A stretch of 63,987 nt of DNA, filler included, from Choristocarpus tenellus KU-1152 (taxonomy: Eukaryota; Protista; Phaeophyceae): the NCBI GenBank assembly GCA_964200185.2. It is 10 parts of 10 records of this genome, joined end to end, with 100 filler letters (N's around TTAATTAATTAA, not from the genome) between each part and the next. Parts side by side here need not be neighbours in the genome. Positions count along the whole stretch, not along the records: positions 32,601 to 57,697 come from CAXNAD020000191.1; 9 more parts are not named here. One strand, given 5' to 3'. Within the stretch, counting starts at the first letter, position 1. Every line of letters starts with the position of its first letter. Position numbers and translations under genes: made by a program. The notes beneath the pieces are model-generated. The model was given only the letters and a program-made list of their open reading frames with translations, did no database searches and was not told the origin of the DNA. This document shows positions 40,401 to 55,000 of this stretch, piece after piece.

Positions 40401-43363
40401 GAGGGTGACTGACCTTTCCATTGACATAGAAGTTGACATACTCGTGTCCTTCCTTCACAAGGGTCTCATAGTCTCCAAACGGACCATCCACCAGGACTAT
40501 GGGGCGCCCAGACTGTCATGTGTAGCAGCGAAACATTGCTAGTCATCATCAGCAGGGAAGAGTCATATTTCAAAACATCTAGAAGAACATGTGGCTAGAG
40601 TGTTGTAGATGTGGAATGTAACACGTAAGGCATGGACAAGAGGGTGTACAAGACTAGCATAGGACATTGAACATATCTTCACCAATAGTAATTAAAAAAA
40701 TCATAAAGCAACCCTAACCCTAACGCTAACCCTAATGCTACCAATAAAAAATTCTAATAATGATTCAATAGGGTCACCCTAACATAACCAACCACACCAC
40801 AACAATTCATATCACACAGTATCAGGTACTTCAAGACTACCATAATTATCACTCTCATAATCTACATCAATCTCATCAATCTCAAGAGTACAAATGATCA
40901 CTTCAAGCACTTCCTTACTGCTGCCATGGCGGGAGACAACAGTCCCATCCCCAGACGTCCACAGCCAAAGTGAACATGTAGTCGGGTCAGAGGTGCGACC
41001 TTTTCCTCATGTGCTGCAGCCTCAGCTTCCATGTGAATCAAGTTAGCACGCTGACCCCTGTAGAGTCAATCAATATCCGTTTGATACCAGACCACTTTGT
41101 TAGATATTAGATACTAGAAATTAGATTTTAGTTGTTAGATATTAGAAACCGAGAGGCACAAAATAACACTGTTAACTAGTTTACAGCAGTAGTGATGTAT
41201 GGTATTAATGGTATTAGGTGGGAAAAGGCAAGTTACAATACTGGTACAGTACCATACTCCAAAGTTGTTAGCGGTTGTATGTTGTGTATGTATGTTGTGT
41301 ATGTATGTTGTGTAACACACAAACGTTGTACAAGAAGTAACCATGAAATATACTATACAATACTGATTCACATTCATCAAGACATTCAGAGCATTGAAAG
41401 GTAGCTCAACACAGTAACTGATGTAACTGATGTAAGTATACTGGTTGCAAAAAAAGGGAAAACAATAGTGGAAACAGAGAGAATTAACTCTACACAAAAT
41501 TAGATCACCACAGCAACCCCACCGCACCAAATAGCTACCAATTTGAAAAAGACCTAACGCTGAGTCACTTCCGAGCATTCATGTCATTATCCACGGAGAG
41601 ATGATGTAGGTTCACATAGCCTCGGGACTTTTCCACAGGAATATTCTGGAAATGGAAAAGGTCATGCAGTCCTCCATCAGTCCATATACCAAAGACCTTC
41701 GACCAAAAACGCAAGGACTGATGGAGACAGGCGTCATCCAACCTTGCCAGAAACAAGTTGTTAAAATGTTAAGGGCATTTCCATCAAGCAGTGTGGGCAT
41801 GAATGACCTCTTCGGTGTCCTCTTCATGAGGTATAAGCAGGTCTATCTAGGTCTATCTGCAAGAACACTCCTGTAACACCCTAAATGCAAAATCGTTGAA
41901 GGCCCACATATTGTGGTTGCATTGCTAGCTTGGACGCTCGTTAGGATAGAATAGGATAGGGTTAGGGATAGCGAAAGCTGAGAGTGCTTCCATTGCCTCA
42001 CAAATGTACACAGCACTGAAATACACCACTGTGGACTGAACTCCGAGATTCTTCCCTGCATGCTGATTATCTTAATATATTCTTGCGCATGATCTATTTG
42101 CACACACTCTCACACAGGCCTCAATACTTGACCACACTTTCACGATACTCACACAGGCATGAACCGTGCGTGTGCAGACGTCATGAGATGAGTAACGGCA
42201 GATATCTCTCCCTTAGCCCCACGGTGGTATCCTTGTCTGAATCGACTATAGCTGATACGGTAGGCCGTGATGGCGTCCATGACCTGTTTCAGTTCAGCGG
42301 TGGGTAGAGCGTATTGAGCTGTAGGCATGGAGTGGGGATTAGCACGTGCAATTCCCTACTCCGAGCAAACATTGCATTGCCACATGGTTTGACTTACTAC
42401 ACTTGGTACGGTTAGTCCCCCTGCATGTAAACGTAGTACACTACGTATGCAATGATTGATCTATTTCCCAAGGGTGCTGTGATTAGAAAATGGATATGTA
42501 TAGAAGCGACAAACAATAGATAGGGGGTAAGAAGTAACACCCTTTGCATAGAATCTCACGTAGAATCTCTGCGTAGTTCGAATCTGGGAGACCCTTCCTT
42601 CACCAGGCCATGGGTTTGAAATCCTTCTTATACGTCGAAAATCAATTAGCTGATATGTTGTGGGATCAGAACGACAAAGCGGAAATCTCGCAAGGAATGG
42701 TGATACCAGCGAGGGGCGCTAATATCAAATCGTTGGCTGTATTCTAGCAAATCCATCGATATTTGAATCTCTTTTTGAGGTTTCATGCGTCAATGGCACC
42801 GAAAACAACGATCGCCGAGTGTTCAGGATCAATGTCCGATTGGGGCAGTCAGTCTGATACGTACATGGGTGACAGAGCTCGACAGGTTGAAGAAGGTCTC
42901 CTCCTGCAGAGCTTCCTCGTCGATCGCAGGCATATCAGGTTCGACATGGAATTGGTCAGTCTCCCCCTTTGCTCCTTGGGGCTTTCCCGCTCTGAAGTTC
43001 CGGTATGTCTGGCGGTAATGGGTAATCCTGCAGTAAACGCATCAAAGGAAGAGGCATGCCCATGTACACATTGACACGAAGGTTCCATTTCAGCCCACCA
43101 GACAGCAACACCTTGTAATCGCGAGGTACCAATTACAAAATACTAATCTTATACGAGGCGCATACTAGCTGAGGCATAGAAATATGAGCGATCTTGGTTC
43201 CGGGACGAGTGGGTGGAGAGTTGACAGAGAAATATGCCTGGAAATGTTGAATTCGTTGATGCAAGTCTCTCACTCACGCCTCACTATCCACACCAGGCAC
43301 ACAGGGTGCGCCGAGTGGGCTTTTCCCAGCCCCTACGCTGCTTATGGGTGGACCAGATGCCAT
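34478..43363 (-). CDS. M1PDH: Mannitol-1-phosphate dehydrogenase (brown-algal type, with N-terminal extension), 15 exons, 536 aa
   Basis: Exons 43363-43278, 43027-42865, 42283-42153, 41057-40919, 40512-40414, 40211-40056, 39251-39163, 38770-38713, 38315-38241, 37915-37755, 36718-36649, 36147-36046, 35283-35164, 34874-34798 and 34562-34478; all GT-AG, phases consistent, 1611 nt including TAG. Polyol-specific long-chain dehydrogenase motifs HFGCGRLGMG, TTSLGP, GCENDH, CMVDRIC and RKITMVNGMH. Confidence 0.93.
37015..37265. repeat. AAT/AATACC low-complexity tract in an M1PDH intron
   Basis: Directly visible; source of spurious Y/N/I-rich ORFs. Confidence 0.85.
38424..38719. repeat. 74-bp tandem repeat x4 overlapping the M1PDH exon 8 donor
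   Basis: Units start at 38424, 38498, 38572 and 38646 and are near-identical. Confidence 0.95.
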
Positions 43364-45215
43364 CTTTTACAATTCCCTCCCCAGTGTTATGCCCAGGTCG
43401 TGCTCGTGGTTGGAGGTATGAATGCTGAGAGGATGATGGTGACGAGTGTGAGAGTTGAACCAGTAGCCCTAACCCTAGACATGGAATATCCAAATATCAT
43501 GTGTGTTGTTTTTTTGTATATTATTTTTTCTAAAAGAAATTATTCATTTTGGGAGGATGGACATCTGATATACAGTACAATCATGAAAGTGCGTAATATG
43601 TTACGCGTTCCTCTCTTCCTAGATAAGAAACGGTTTCCCACTATTTACCCCCACATACATACTTATACTTCTTATCATTCGACATGACATCACCACGTTC
43701 CTACCTAGGGATGTTAGTGTTGGAACGATGTGCTTACAAGATGTAACATAGGAACAACATATTTTGTCTTCACCACCTCTATTCTATTGTTTCTTACCAT
43801 TATCATCAGAAGCAACAGTAAACATACCAGCCACATCGTACCTGCATTGCATTTGAGGGTTACTCATGGGGGATATTTTCTTGGAGAGACAGTGCGTCAC
43901 TAAAATATTAAACAAAGGTAGTGAATTATCCACACATCAACTTCTTTGGTTAGAGGCGGTATCTCGGCGAATTGGACACCACCTTTCGTACCCATACAAT
44001 AACGATTATAATGTACCTTTTTTTTTTTTAATTATAATGTATAAGTTCTCTCTTCTCTTCTTCATTTATCTTGGTCAAAGCGTTGGTCTGAGTTGATGGA
44101 AGAAATGGTTCCTGGACCGTTGGAAGTTGATTTATTCCACATGTCCTCCTTGACTCATCTATTTAAATTGTGGAGGGGGCTGGGGGAGGTATGTCAGAGA
44201 CCGACTTCTATACCTGATATATCCTAAGAAAAAAAGGGTATGACTTAATGGTGAGGAATTAGAAGTAGTAGATACAGACGACAGTTCAGTAGCATCGTAA
44301 CGACCTCACGACAAATCTTCATCAAAAATTCAAAAGTCCTCACTTATCAATTTGTTGTGTGCTCTAGAAACAGTAGACCACTTTCTACAAACGACAAAGA
44401 GAAGGGAGTGAAGAGGAGATAAGCACTACAAGTAGTAATAGATACATATATATATCATGCTATTAGATGTTATCATCTAAACTGTTGAAAAAATATGTAA
44501 TATAACCACTTTGGGCACTGTGTTGGTGCACCTACTATAATATTGCAAATATAACATTATTTTGTAATCATTTTTGTTGTACACTATTTGTTAGGGATCT
44601 CGACCTGTGATCAGACACACTATGTTCAGAATCACTACCCACTACTAGGTACTGACTACTAACTACTAACTACTAACTACTAACTACTAACTACTACTAT
44701 AGAAGGTTCAAAACCAGTTAATACCTTGAATTGGGCTAATATTGCATTGCGACTCCTGGATGATCAAACACAAATTGAAATGGAGTCTACTGTTTATCAA
44801 ACTCTGAACGTCTTTGTCTGGCACATCTACTTCCCTCATTACATCCACACAATTATTAGTGAATAATTCACAACCAGGAACTTTGGAGTTTACATACATT
44901 CTTATATATTGGTAGTGGGTGTCACGTGTTATTGGAGAACAATCTAAACCAGATTTTCCATAAAAAAGGGCTTTGGTTTGATAGAATTCGAACCTCCGAA
45001 ATCCATGCATAGAATAACGACCTTCATCGAAAAAATAGTAAAAAATAAAATTGGGTGTAGATCGGTTTTAGAAAAAATACTTCTTTCATTGTATCTCGCT
45101 CGCGATCTGCGCGCTCTACCCACCCTCCTTCCCTACAACAATACCAACTAAACAGGATAACTACATCCAACTCCTCCGATCTAAAACGTCTGTTGTGTTG
45201 GGGGGCTCAGGATCA
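43364..45215. promoter_or_regulatory. Divergent (head-to-head) M1PDH/COQ9 intergenic and 5' UTR region
   Basis: Start codons are about 1.85 kb apart on opposite strands of the same contig; CG-rich patch at ~44980-45120. Confidence 0.6.
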
Positions 45216-48200
45216 ATGTTTAGGTTGGTTCGGAGATCGTTAGTCTCATGCACGTGGCCCCGTGCTGCACGGTCCTCCTCCACGCACTCGCTAAGTGCTT
45301 TGATGTACGCTATACTTGAAGGGTCTCCTAATCCCCACAGGGGAACTGGCGCGTTGCTAGTGGGAAGCAGGGGTGAGATGCCTGACACCTTGTTGAAGGT
45401 TGAGAACTGTTTTCATGATTCTTGTATTTGTGCTCATTCCTTGATGCAGCTCATACGATTGTAAATGTCACAGACCTAAGGACAGGCGATTCTGTGAGAT
45501 GGTTGTCAACAGGCTCTACTCCTGAATCAAAGGGTCCTACCACAACTGCATCGGGAAAAGAAGGTGGGGGCGAAGCGAACAGCGCGCATGAATCATCTGA
45601 GGATAGCCCATTTGATGACAGTGAGACCAGCTTTGGGCATGGGAAAGCAGACAACATGTTCGAGGACCCCAAAGGGCGAATACTTGATGCCGCCTTGGCG
45701 CACATCGGCACTCACGGGTGAGTTTATGCATATAATGGCCGCGTCCATTCATTTAGCTAGAGGTTCATACGATGAGATAGTGGCGGAGTTATATCATAAG
45801 CTTGTCCGCTTCTAAGTTATCATGTCTACTCAACTTTCCATCAACGCCTTGTGTGTACGAATCGAGCTTATACGGCATACTGCAACTAAATGTCTTAGGT
45901 AATATCCTTCTCCTTGAGAAATTAAACAACACTAGTTTGAGGGTCAACCTATAACACGCGCATGTCATGTACAACAGTATTCCTGAAGCGAGCAATGAGT
46001 AGCTCTCTGTGCACGGTTGGATATTCTACGGACTACAATTGGAACCACTTACAGCTGGCGCATTTCCTTGAGTTTTGAATGGACTATCGGCGGCTCCTTG
46101 AAGATGCCCTTTCTATGGTGAAACATTCGCTGGGTTTACCCTGCCGCTCAGACATCTGCTAACAACACCAGCCCACCCTAACCTATCTCTCTTGTCACCA
46201 CCTTCAGGTTCACAGACGTGGCCATTGCAGCTGGATCCAGAGATTGCGGGTGAGGGAAATAGTGAGTGCTACAAGAGACCATATAATCGTACACTCATCA
46301 TTTCTTGATCTGAGCACAGCGCATTAATCGTCTTGTGGTTCAGGACATAGTATCTGTAGATATGTTTTCGACGTGAGTGTATCGGACATGAAGTTGCCCA
46401 ACACAAGCAAGAAAACCTGCGCTAAATGCATGGATCACACGCAGGAGGTAGCAATTAAACCACCAAACCTCTAATTTTCCATTTACCTCTCCTTTTAAGC
46501 TCAAGATTGAGTCAATCTTTTTCTTGCAAGTTTTTTTTATATGTGCACCCTGAGATATTTCTCAACTTTTTTGTTATCATTTGCATGACAATTGCAACTT
46601 TCCGATTGGTCAGGCTTGTGATTCATTCCTCCAACTAGGGGTACAAACATGTTGCCATGTAAAGCCAAACAAGCATGTTTCTCTCTGGGAAAGGGCTGTG
46701 TTTCGAAATATGAAGTATGTGTTGCCAGAAGTCTTGTTGAGATTGTATTTGTAGCAAGATGACTGCCAGTCCGTTGCTCATCGTACTTTTGAAAGCAAGT
46801 TCGTGAAGGTTGTCCCAAGACACTAGCTGGTTTACTCAAGACACTAGAACTTTAGACCCCCGCTATCTGATGGGATGACTGACTGATTGGATATATTTTG
46901 AAAAAAATCAGACCCTGGTCTTGTTTTGGTCGCCAGTAGTATTTATATTTATTTATTTATACAAAGTCGATTAAATTGGATACAATCCTTTTGAATGTCC
47001 TCTATTGTAGCAGAGTCATCAATGAATGATCTCAAATCCTTCCTGCTGCAAATATCTGCACATATTGGTTGATATATATGTAGTATGACACAGTGTTGAT
47101 GATATAGTATTCATGATGTGATATGGTATGATGTAGAATTGCAGACATGAAAGGTATCATTGATATTGTCTTTGAGGTCTACTGTTGCAGATGAAACTGC
47201 CATTAAGGTAAGATTTCATGTTAAGGTCCTGTTAACAAGACCTGCAATGACTTACTTGTTAACAAGCTGTGGTGGAAATCATGGGAAATCATGGGGCACT
47301 GTTTTGTAGTGGAATACTCATGGTCTGTAGTCTAATATTACCTGATGTATTACTAAGCTGTCATGAAGATAGGGTTGAAGATGTGACTGGTCCCTCAAGT
47401 CATCTTTCATCTATTTGTACTCTCATTCTGTACTTCATCATGGACATGACATCTCATCAACCTTATCAACAGTCCTTAACATTATTGTTAGTATTTATAT
47501 ATTCTCTCACCATCACACTGTACCCAACCCTAACCCTAACCAGCCATTACATGCATTGCATTGCCTATCTCACCCTTCCTATTGTACAATGTTGTTGTTT
47601 CACTCAATACAGCTTCCATGCAGTATCTGCTGGCATGTTTTCAAGAGGGGCAATTGAGCTTGTGGAGCACCTGATGGATAACGCACTTCAAGAGGTACCA
47701 CATTACTATTACCGTTATCATAGCTATAACATTCTTGTCTATTTAATATATCATTCATGCATATTTAATGTATATTTAATGTATCATTTTTTGTGGAAAA
47801 GTGTGTATGTTTTTGTCAATAGTACAAGCGCATGTACTTTCACATGTAGTTAACATGGTGGTATGTTTGATTTGAACATATCAAATACATATCAAGCAGG
47901 TGCTTGACAAAGGTCGTTTTCAGTCCAGGGTAGGGCATGTTTCTATTATGTTTCTATCAGTCTACACTCTACATATACATATACCCTAACCCTAAGTCTG
48001 TGGTCATTACATTTTTATGAGATTAAATGAACTCTCTTTACTCCAATGTTGTCTGACCCTAACCCTAACCCTAGCATGATGGTGATGTTGCACAAGTTGG
48101 TCCTCGATAAATTACCTCACTGTTCAAATCATTGAGTCACTTAATCACTGGACTGTGCTACTGTTAGGCTTAGGCTTAGGGTTAGTATCTTTCTGGGTAT

Positions 48201-49046
48201 GCTTAGGGCTAATCAATACTGTTCCTGTGCCTATAACAAGGAGGTTAGGGTTAGAGTTAGTAGATTGTTCAAGTGGTAGTGGTAAGAACCAGGATGAAGT
48301 ACTACTATTGCTAAGGTTAGGGTTATGACTGTTTCCAAATTTCACAACTTTCTGTCTTTTGAAATGAAAACATGTGAAAGCCTTAATGTAGGTGGAAGTG
48401 AAAGCCTTGAGGGTGTAAAGTATTAACCTGTACAGTATTACCTGCAGTATTAATGCTCTTCAGTAATCAGTCACGTGTGGAGCCTTGTGCAGGCTGAGAG
48501 TCAAAGGTATCGCTTGTTTGCTATTCTTTATTTATTAGTTTGAGGTGATGTCAGTCAAATAAAGAAAGAAATAGAGTCATTGTTTTGTTAGCATTGTGAA
48601 GTCAGTCTTGCTCATCTGATACATTATTATTGGTAGTATTATTATTATTATTATTATTTGATTTTACTGCGATGATGCAACACCATGTTTGATTGTTCAT
48701 TTTTGAGTGTTTGACCTTTGATACATTATTTATTATTTATTGTAGCACTAGATACTATACATACTTTAGCAATAATTACAGTAATGATAATAACAATAAT
48801 AACAATAACTCACTTCCCCATTTGGCACATATTTTTTTTTAATGGTATGGTATGGCATGATATGACATGGTATGGGCAGGTGAAGGCACTGCAAAACAAA
48901 GATGGTCATCGTCATCGTCAACCGAACTTTGGACAGGGGGAGGCAGTTGTGGACTCTCTCAGAGATGGGATTCGTGTGAGGCTTATGGTCATTACACCCT
49001 ACATATCCCACTGGCCGAAGGTAATCATTTCATTCACAACAAATAT

Positions 49047-49098
<52 letters not shown>

Positions 49099-52000
49099 CT
49101 TCTGGCTTCTGGCTTCTGGCACATCCTCCTCTTCCCCTGTGTGCATAGCAGCTAACTAACTACTAACTTGGGATATGTGTTCATTGTAACTTGTGGTTGG
49201 GATGTATGTGAAGGAACTGGAGGTAACTTGTGGTAGTTCAAGGTAGTGTAATGTGTAATGTCACATTTTATGTTTGTATTTAGTTTGAAGGTTTTCACAG
49301 GAGAGTAAGGTGTGCTGTCACTATCAAGTTCAAGGAGTGTTGGGTATTGGGTATTATTGTTATGAAACTAATGTTTTGTTTGTTGTGTCTGTGGTGTATG
49401 TATTTTGATGGTAATGGTGCCAGTGGGGTGTATGTCTACAAGAGTACCCTTACCCTTGGACAAATGATGTAAACATTAATGCTGTGGATGTCAAACACCA
49501 TGATGTATACAGTAGTGTCTCAATAGCTCTGCTTGTGGTAAAATTGTTTGATTCACTTGACATGATCTCTTTGACCTTGTCCTATCTTATCTATCGTACA
49601 TTCACTGCTCGCACTAGTACCAGTACTTAGTCTAGTGTAGTGTGTAGTCTAGTGTACCCATCATATAACAGTTCCACTAATATATTTATTATAAGTTTTT
49701 TATTTTAAAACCTGTAATATCAAGTTTGATACTATTTATACTATGACTGAATACTGTCTTTGGACCTATGAAGGTAAGGTAGTTTCAGTGTGTCCTACTA
49801 TTACCACATTATGTGTGTGTTTTGTTATACATATATACATATTTGGTGTATATACATTGAGTCACATAAATTGCATGGAGATACTATTTTTTTTACTTTT
49901 TTACTAGATTTTTCTTTTTTTTCAACTTGTGTACTATGTCAGACATTTATCATGTCATACACTGTCTTCTGAACTTCACACACCCCTCTACGTTTCATTG
50001 GGCACATCCATTTCCATCACTCCTGATAGATATTGATGTATGTTGATGTATGTTGAAAACAAAAGGACATTTGTGTTTTCAAGGTCTCTCTAGTACACTT
50101 GTCATCCTATCAACCTCCATACCCAAGGAACTTTATACTTGTGGTTAGGGTTAGGGTTGGTGTGATACTTGATTATGTAGTTAATATTAATATTGATAAT
50201 TAATAGTAGTATTAATTACATTGCAATACTTTCCAATTCCTTGTCAAGAGTACTTCAGACATCACTACAGTAGTGGTGGTGATAATTCTATTTATTTTTT
50301 ATTAATGTTTTTATTTTTTGTGCAGTGTGTCATTGGAATTGGAATTGGACCAATGGGATGGACTCTTGAACAGTATCATCATCTCAGACCAGAAAATCTT
50401 TTTTTGTAGAGTATCATACACCCTTTGTTCATGATTATATCCTTTATTATACCCTATATTATACCCTTTGTTCATGATGGTGATGTGCCCATCACTTGAT
50501 TGTGTATTGATAGGCCATGTCACTAGGAATTCTTCCACAGAATGTTGTCAACACTACAAGTGCTCTGGCTGTCCTTGCTGATGAGCTGGCTTTTTTGTCT
50601 GGAGATCGGTCCACAGATTTGGAATGGTACAGCAAGAGAGCTCTCATTGCTGGCATCTATGTTTCTACTGGTAGGGTTATGGTTAGTGTTGACTGTTTAA
50701 TGGGGACTGTTGAATGGTGACTGTTGACTGTTGACATGCCAGAGGTGAAACACTCTCGTCTATTCTGTCTAACATGTAACATCTAATAATAATAATAATA
50801 GCATTGATCAGTCTGTTACTTTAGTACTGTAATGTTCTTATCAATATCATTCAATATCGTGGTGTACACTATTTTTAGTACTATGATAATTGCATTTATT
50901 ATTTATATTAACATTGTTAGTGTTCATTTAAGTAGTACTATTTGTTATTGCTGGCCCTAATAGACCCAAAGTAGATAGCATACATGCTTTTACTGCTGTG
51001 TGAGTTTTGTCACATGTAAACACCAACATTAATATTAACATATTATTATGATCATTTTTTTTTTAAGATGTTAGTTCTTGATTGACCACCTACTTTTAGG
51101 GTTAGTTTGATTTTTTGGTGTTTGTATTGTATAGGAGGCGTGTGTGTGTGCAACTGCATAGAATGTGAATGTCTATTTTATTTCTTTGCAATTTAAATTT
51201 CTTGATTATTGATAGTCGCCTTCCTTGTTGTGATGGGGTTGGATGTGCACTGTTGGATTTTAAGTAATAGATAGACATGGACTCGTGAGGGCTCCTTATG
51301 TTGAACCTCCTGGTAATAGGATTGAAAAATAAATGATTAAAGATTAAAAGAGAAACTGTAACACAGGTGTTGCTGTGTCACCATGTCATAGGGGGGGGTT
51401 GCTAAATATTTTGATGTGAGTCAAAACCTATCACCAATAGGAGAGACCAAATAGAGCAGTTTATACCTTCTGCAACAGTGTTAAGACCTATTACCTATCA
51501 CCGTGGGAAGAATTAACTATACAGTATAGCTAGTTTATAAGTTTTTTTAATAGTACATTATTAATTATAGTGATATTAGTACTGGGTATAGTTGCTTTTT
51601 CTTTTTACATAACCTGTTTTATTTTATTATTATTTACTTTTGCTATTGTTATTAGTGTACTACTGTCAGTATCAATGGAGTACTTTGAGTTTGTATAGTA
51701 ATTGTAAGGGTAATACATCAATCAAAGCTAGGACTAGGTAATATGCAATACTTTTTTGGACATGGCTCCAATCAGACAAAAAAAAAACTAAAAATGACCT
51801 GACATGACATGACTTGACACATTTTTATTTATTTCTGGTGTACCACATACTAATTAAGATATAGTTCAACTATTTCTATTGAACCTGATTTAACTTGTTT
51901 GTTTCCCTGCAAAGTGCTATTCATCATTCAATTCCTTAATCATTTCCTTAATCATTATTGTTGCATATTTGGTTTTAGAGAGATAAAGTTTTTTCCACAA

Positions 52001-55000
52001 TAATGATGTTCAGTTGTCAGTTGTGACTGTTCAAGGTGGTGGTGATGTTGATGGTATCACTTGTGAAAAATGGACCAGGTGGAGTTTTCAACTTCTACAA
52101 TATGCCTTTAAATTTAACACCACCTTCTCATGGTACTAATTGTGGTACCTATCAAAATTACTGTGAATCGAACTGTCCCTGCCAAGTGCATGCCCAGTAT
52201 GTTACTATTGTTGTTATGAGTATAGAGTTTCTAGAGTTGGACATAATGCCAACGAAACATTTGGTCTTAGACTCCTGTTTTAGTTAGTCAGTGCTGAAAT
52301 ACAAGAGTTGATGGGAATGGATGGTATGGTATAGTATGGTATTGATTAGTAATAATATTAGGGATAGGGTTAGGGCTGGGTTTCATTTTAGGTCATGCTG
52401 GTACAGTACATTATAGTGTAGTATAGCATAGTATGTGCAAAGATTGGTTAGGGTTAGGGTACTTGTATCATTAGATGACACCCATCAACATTCAACTTTC
52501 CACCAGTGAACTACAGCCCTCTTATATTCTTATATTCTATATCTGGCAAATGTAATAAGAAAATAAGTAGCACCCTCCTTCCTACATGAAGATGTGATAA
52601 TTTTAGACATGATAGCATTAGCTTAATGCCACATATGTGCTTATCTATTTTTTCAAAAAAAAAACACATTGAAAGATTGGTTCCTACTTTGTTACTGAAT
52701 ATATATTTTGTCTTGGCTGTTATATTTGATTTTGATAGCAATAATAATACTTGATAGTAATTAATTTATTTGAGATGTCTTGATTTTCTTATTATCCTTT
52801 TTTTCCCAACTATTTTTGGGCATTACACTATATGGTATATAATAGTGTGTAGCTCACACTCTATTTGTTTTGTCTTTTTCAATAATAATAATAATAATAA
52901 CAATATAAGTTAATGTATGCCTCCATTCACAACAATGTTTTCACTTCCGCTCCCCACCTTGTCTAATGTTTGTCACATGATATGACACACAGAGATGTTC
53001 ATGATCACTGACACCTCAGAAGGGTTCACTGACACCTGGTGAGCCTTTAAAAGATGCATACACTTGATAGAAACCCTCTAACCCTAACCCTCTAGAAAAA
53101 CAAAAACGTACATACATGGAACAATAGTTACAGTTACAGTTTTATGGTCAGTGTTCCAATTTGTACGAAGATGAGATGGATGTGAATGCTATTACACTAT
53201 TATTATTATTAGTTAAGAATAGTAGTAGTAGTAGTAGTAATTTTATTTTACTATCACTGTAATTGATAATCAAGGTTGATGACCTAATGCGGTAGGGTTA
53301 TTTTATTTGGATTGTTGTATTTTATACCTACTCTTCCTGTGTTGTATTGTATAGATACATAGAAGAGAGTAGAGACTAGACTATTTAATCAATAGCTGTT
53401 GTAAGTTGTAAGTTGTTTTCCCACCTCAGTAGTTCACAAGCACTGTCTGTTACACATTTTGCTCTTTTTTTAATTTGATGTGTGCTGAGAAAATTTCTAG
53501 AAGAAATTTCTTGAGGTGAAGGAGATGTGAACCAAACTGAGCATGCTTTAGGTGTTTTCAAGTATTTTTAATATTATTATTGTTGATACCATACATGATA
53601 TTAAACAGACCAACAGTGGGCATAGGTTGTAATATTTCTCGTATTGTAGTGTCTACGTTTTTTGGTACTTAGGGTTAGGGTTAGATACAATAATAATAAT
53701 AATAATAGAAGTATAAGAAGAATTAGAACATGCTGTGTGGGGGGGGGGGTTGACACTAGGTAATTTCTTGCTTGGTTAGGGGTAGGGTTAGGGTTAGTAG
53801 TCCTCTCTCTCTCTCTCTTGAGATTATTTTGAATTGGGTACATTGGTTTCTTTCACCTGACTTGAATGGAGATGATTGGATTATTATTTTTATTAGTAGA
53901 TAGGTGCATACCTGCACACACATACATACAGGTATAGATATAGATATAGACCAGGAAGGACAGAAACAAAAACCCATTAAAGTTTACTATGTAGTATGTA
54001 GTTAGGGTTAGGGTTAGGGCTTGACAAAGTTGTATTTATAGATAAAACCTCAATGGAATTGTTCTGGAAGATGTCCAATGTATTTTTCCTGTTCCTGCTG
54101 TAATTGATGTAATTAATGTAACTGATGTACAGGGCATTCTTGGATAGGCGTCTTGAGGACTACAATACCCTGGTGACTACACCACAGAATGTGAGAGCAC
54201 TCAATACCCTAACCCTTGACTTGGGGTTTTTGCGTGGTTGAAAATTAAAATATTTTGCTATATTTTATTTTTTTGACTTTTGTTTTGTTGATACCTTCTA
54301 CTGATATATAATATATAGTGGTAAAGTTAGGGTTAGGGTTAGATTGGGAATAGTGCCACTGAAGGTGCAAATAGCTGACTGACCTCTTCCGGTAACGCCT
54401 GTCAAAGCATACAAGACTAGGTTGTCACTGAGCGGTCTATAGGGTTAGAGTGTCATGAGAAACTTAGAACAGATCACAGTCAATCATTGCACACATTATA
54501 ATGTATTGAATTTATGGTATTGGTATTGTATTAGGTACTAGACTTACAATTATTGAATTGATGCTATTGGTATTGTATTAGGTACTAAACTTATTATGTA
54601 TTGAATTGATGCCATTGGTATTGTATTAGGTACTGAACTTATAATTATTGAATTGGTGGTATTGGTATTGTATTAGGTACTAAACTTATTATGTATTGAA
54701 TTGATGCCATTGGTATTGTATTAGGTACTAACCTTCTATTGCAACACACTTGATATATGTGTAGTGTGTCTCAATGTTGTTTGGTTTGATGACCAATTCT
54801 AACTTGTGATTTAATTTGCTTGTGATACAATATGTTGATTCTAACTAACTTTGATTCTAACTTGTGATTTTTTTGTTGAGGCGGGTGATGTTGTATTGGG
54901 TGTCACCACAACAGCTACTGCTCTTGGATCAGCTGTGGTATCCTTGGCAGGCCCTTTCCTCCAACAGGCAACAAGACAGGTGACTATTGCTATAACCCTA

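Noticed and set aside
42520-42625. tRNA or SINE suggested by a GTTCGAATC B-box-like motif
   Set aside because: No A-box or cloverleaf could be built.
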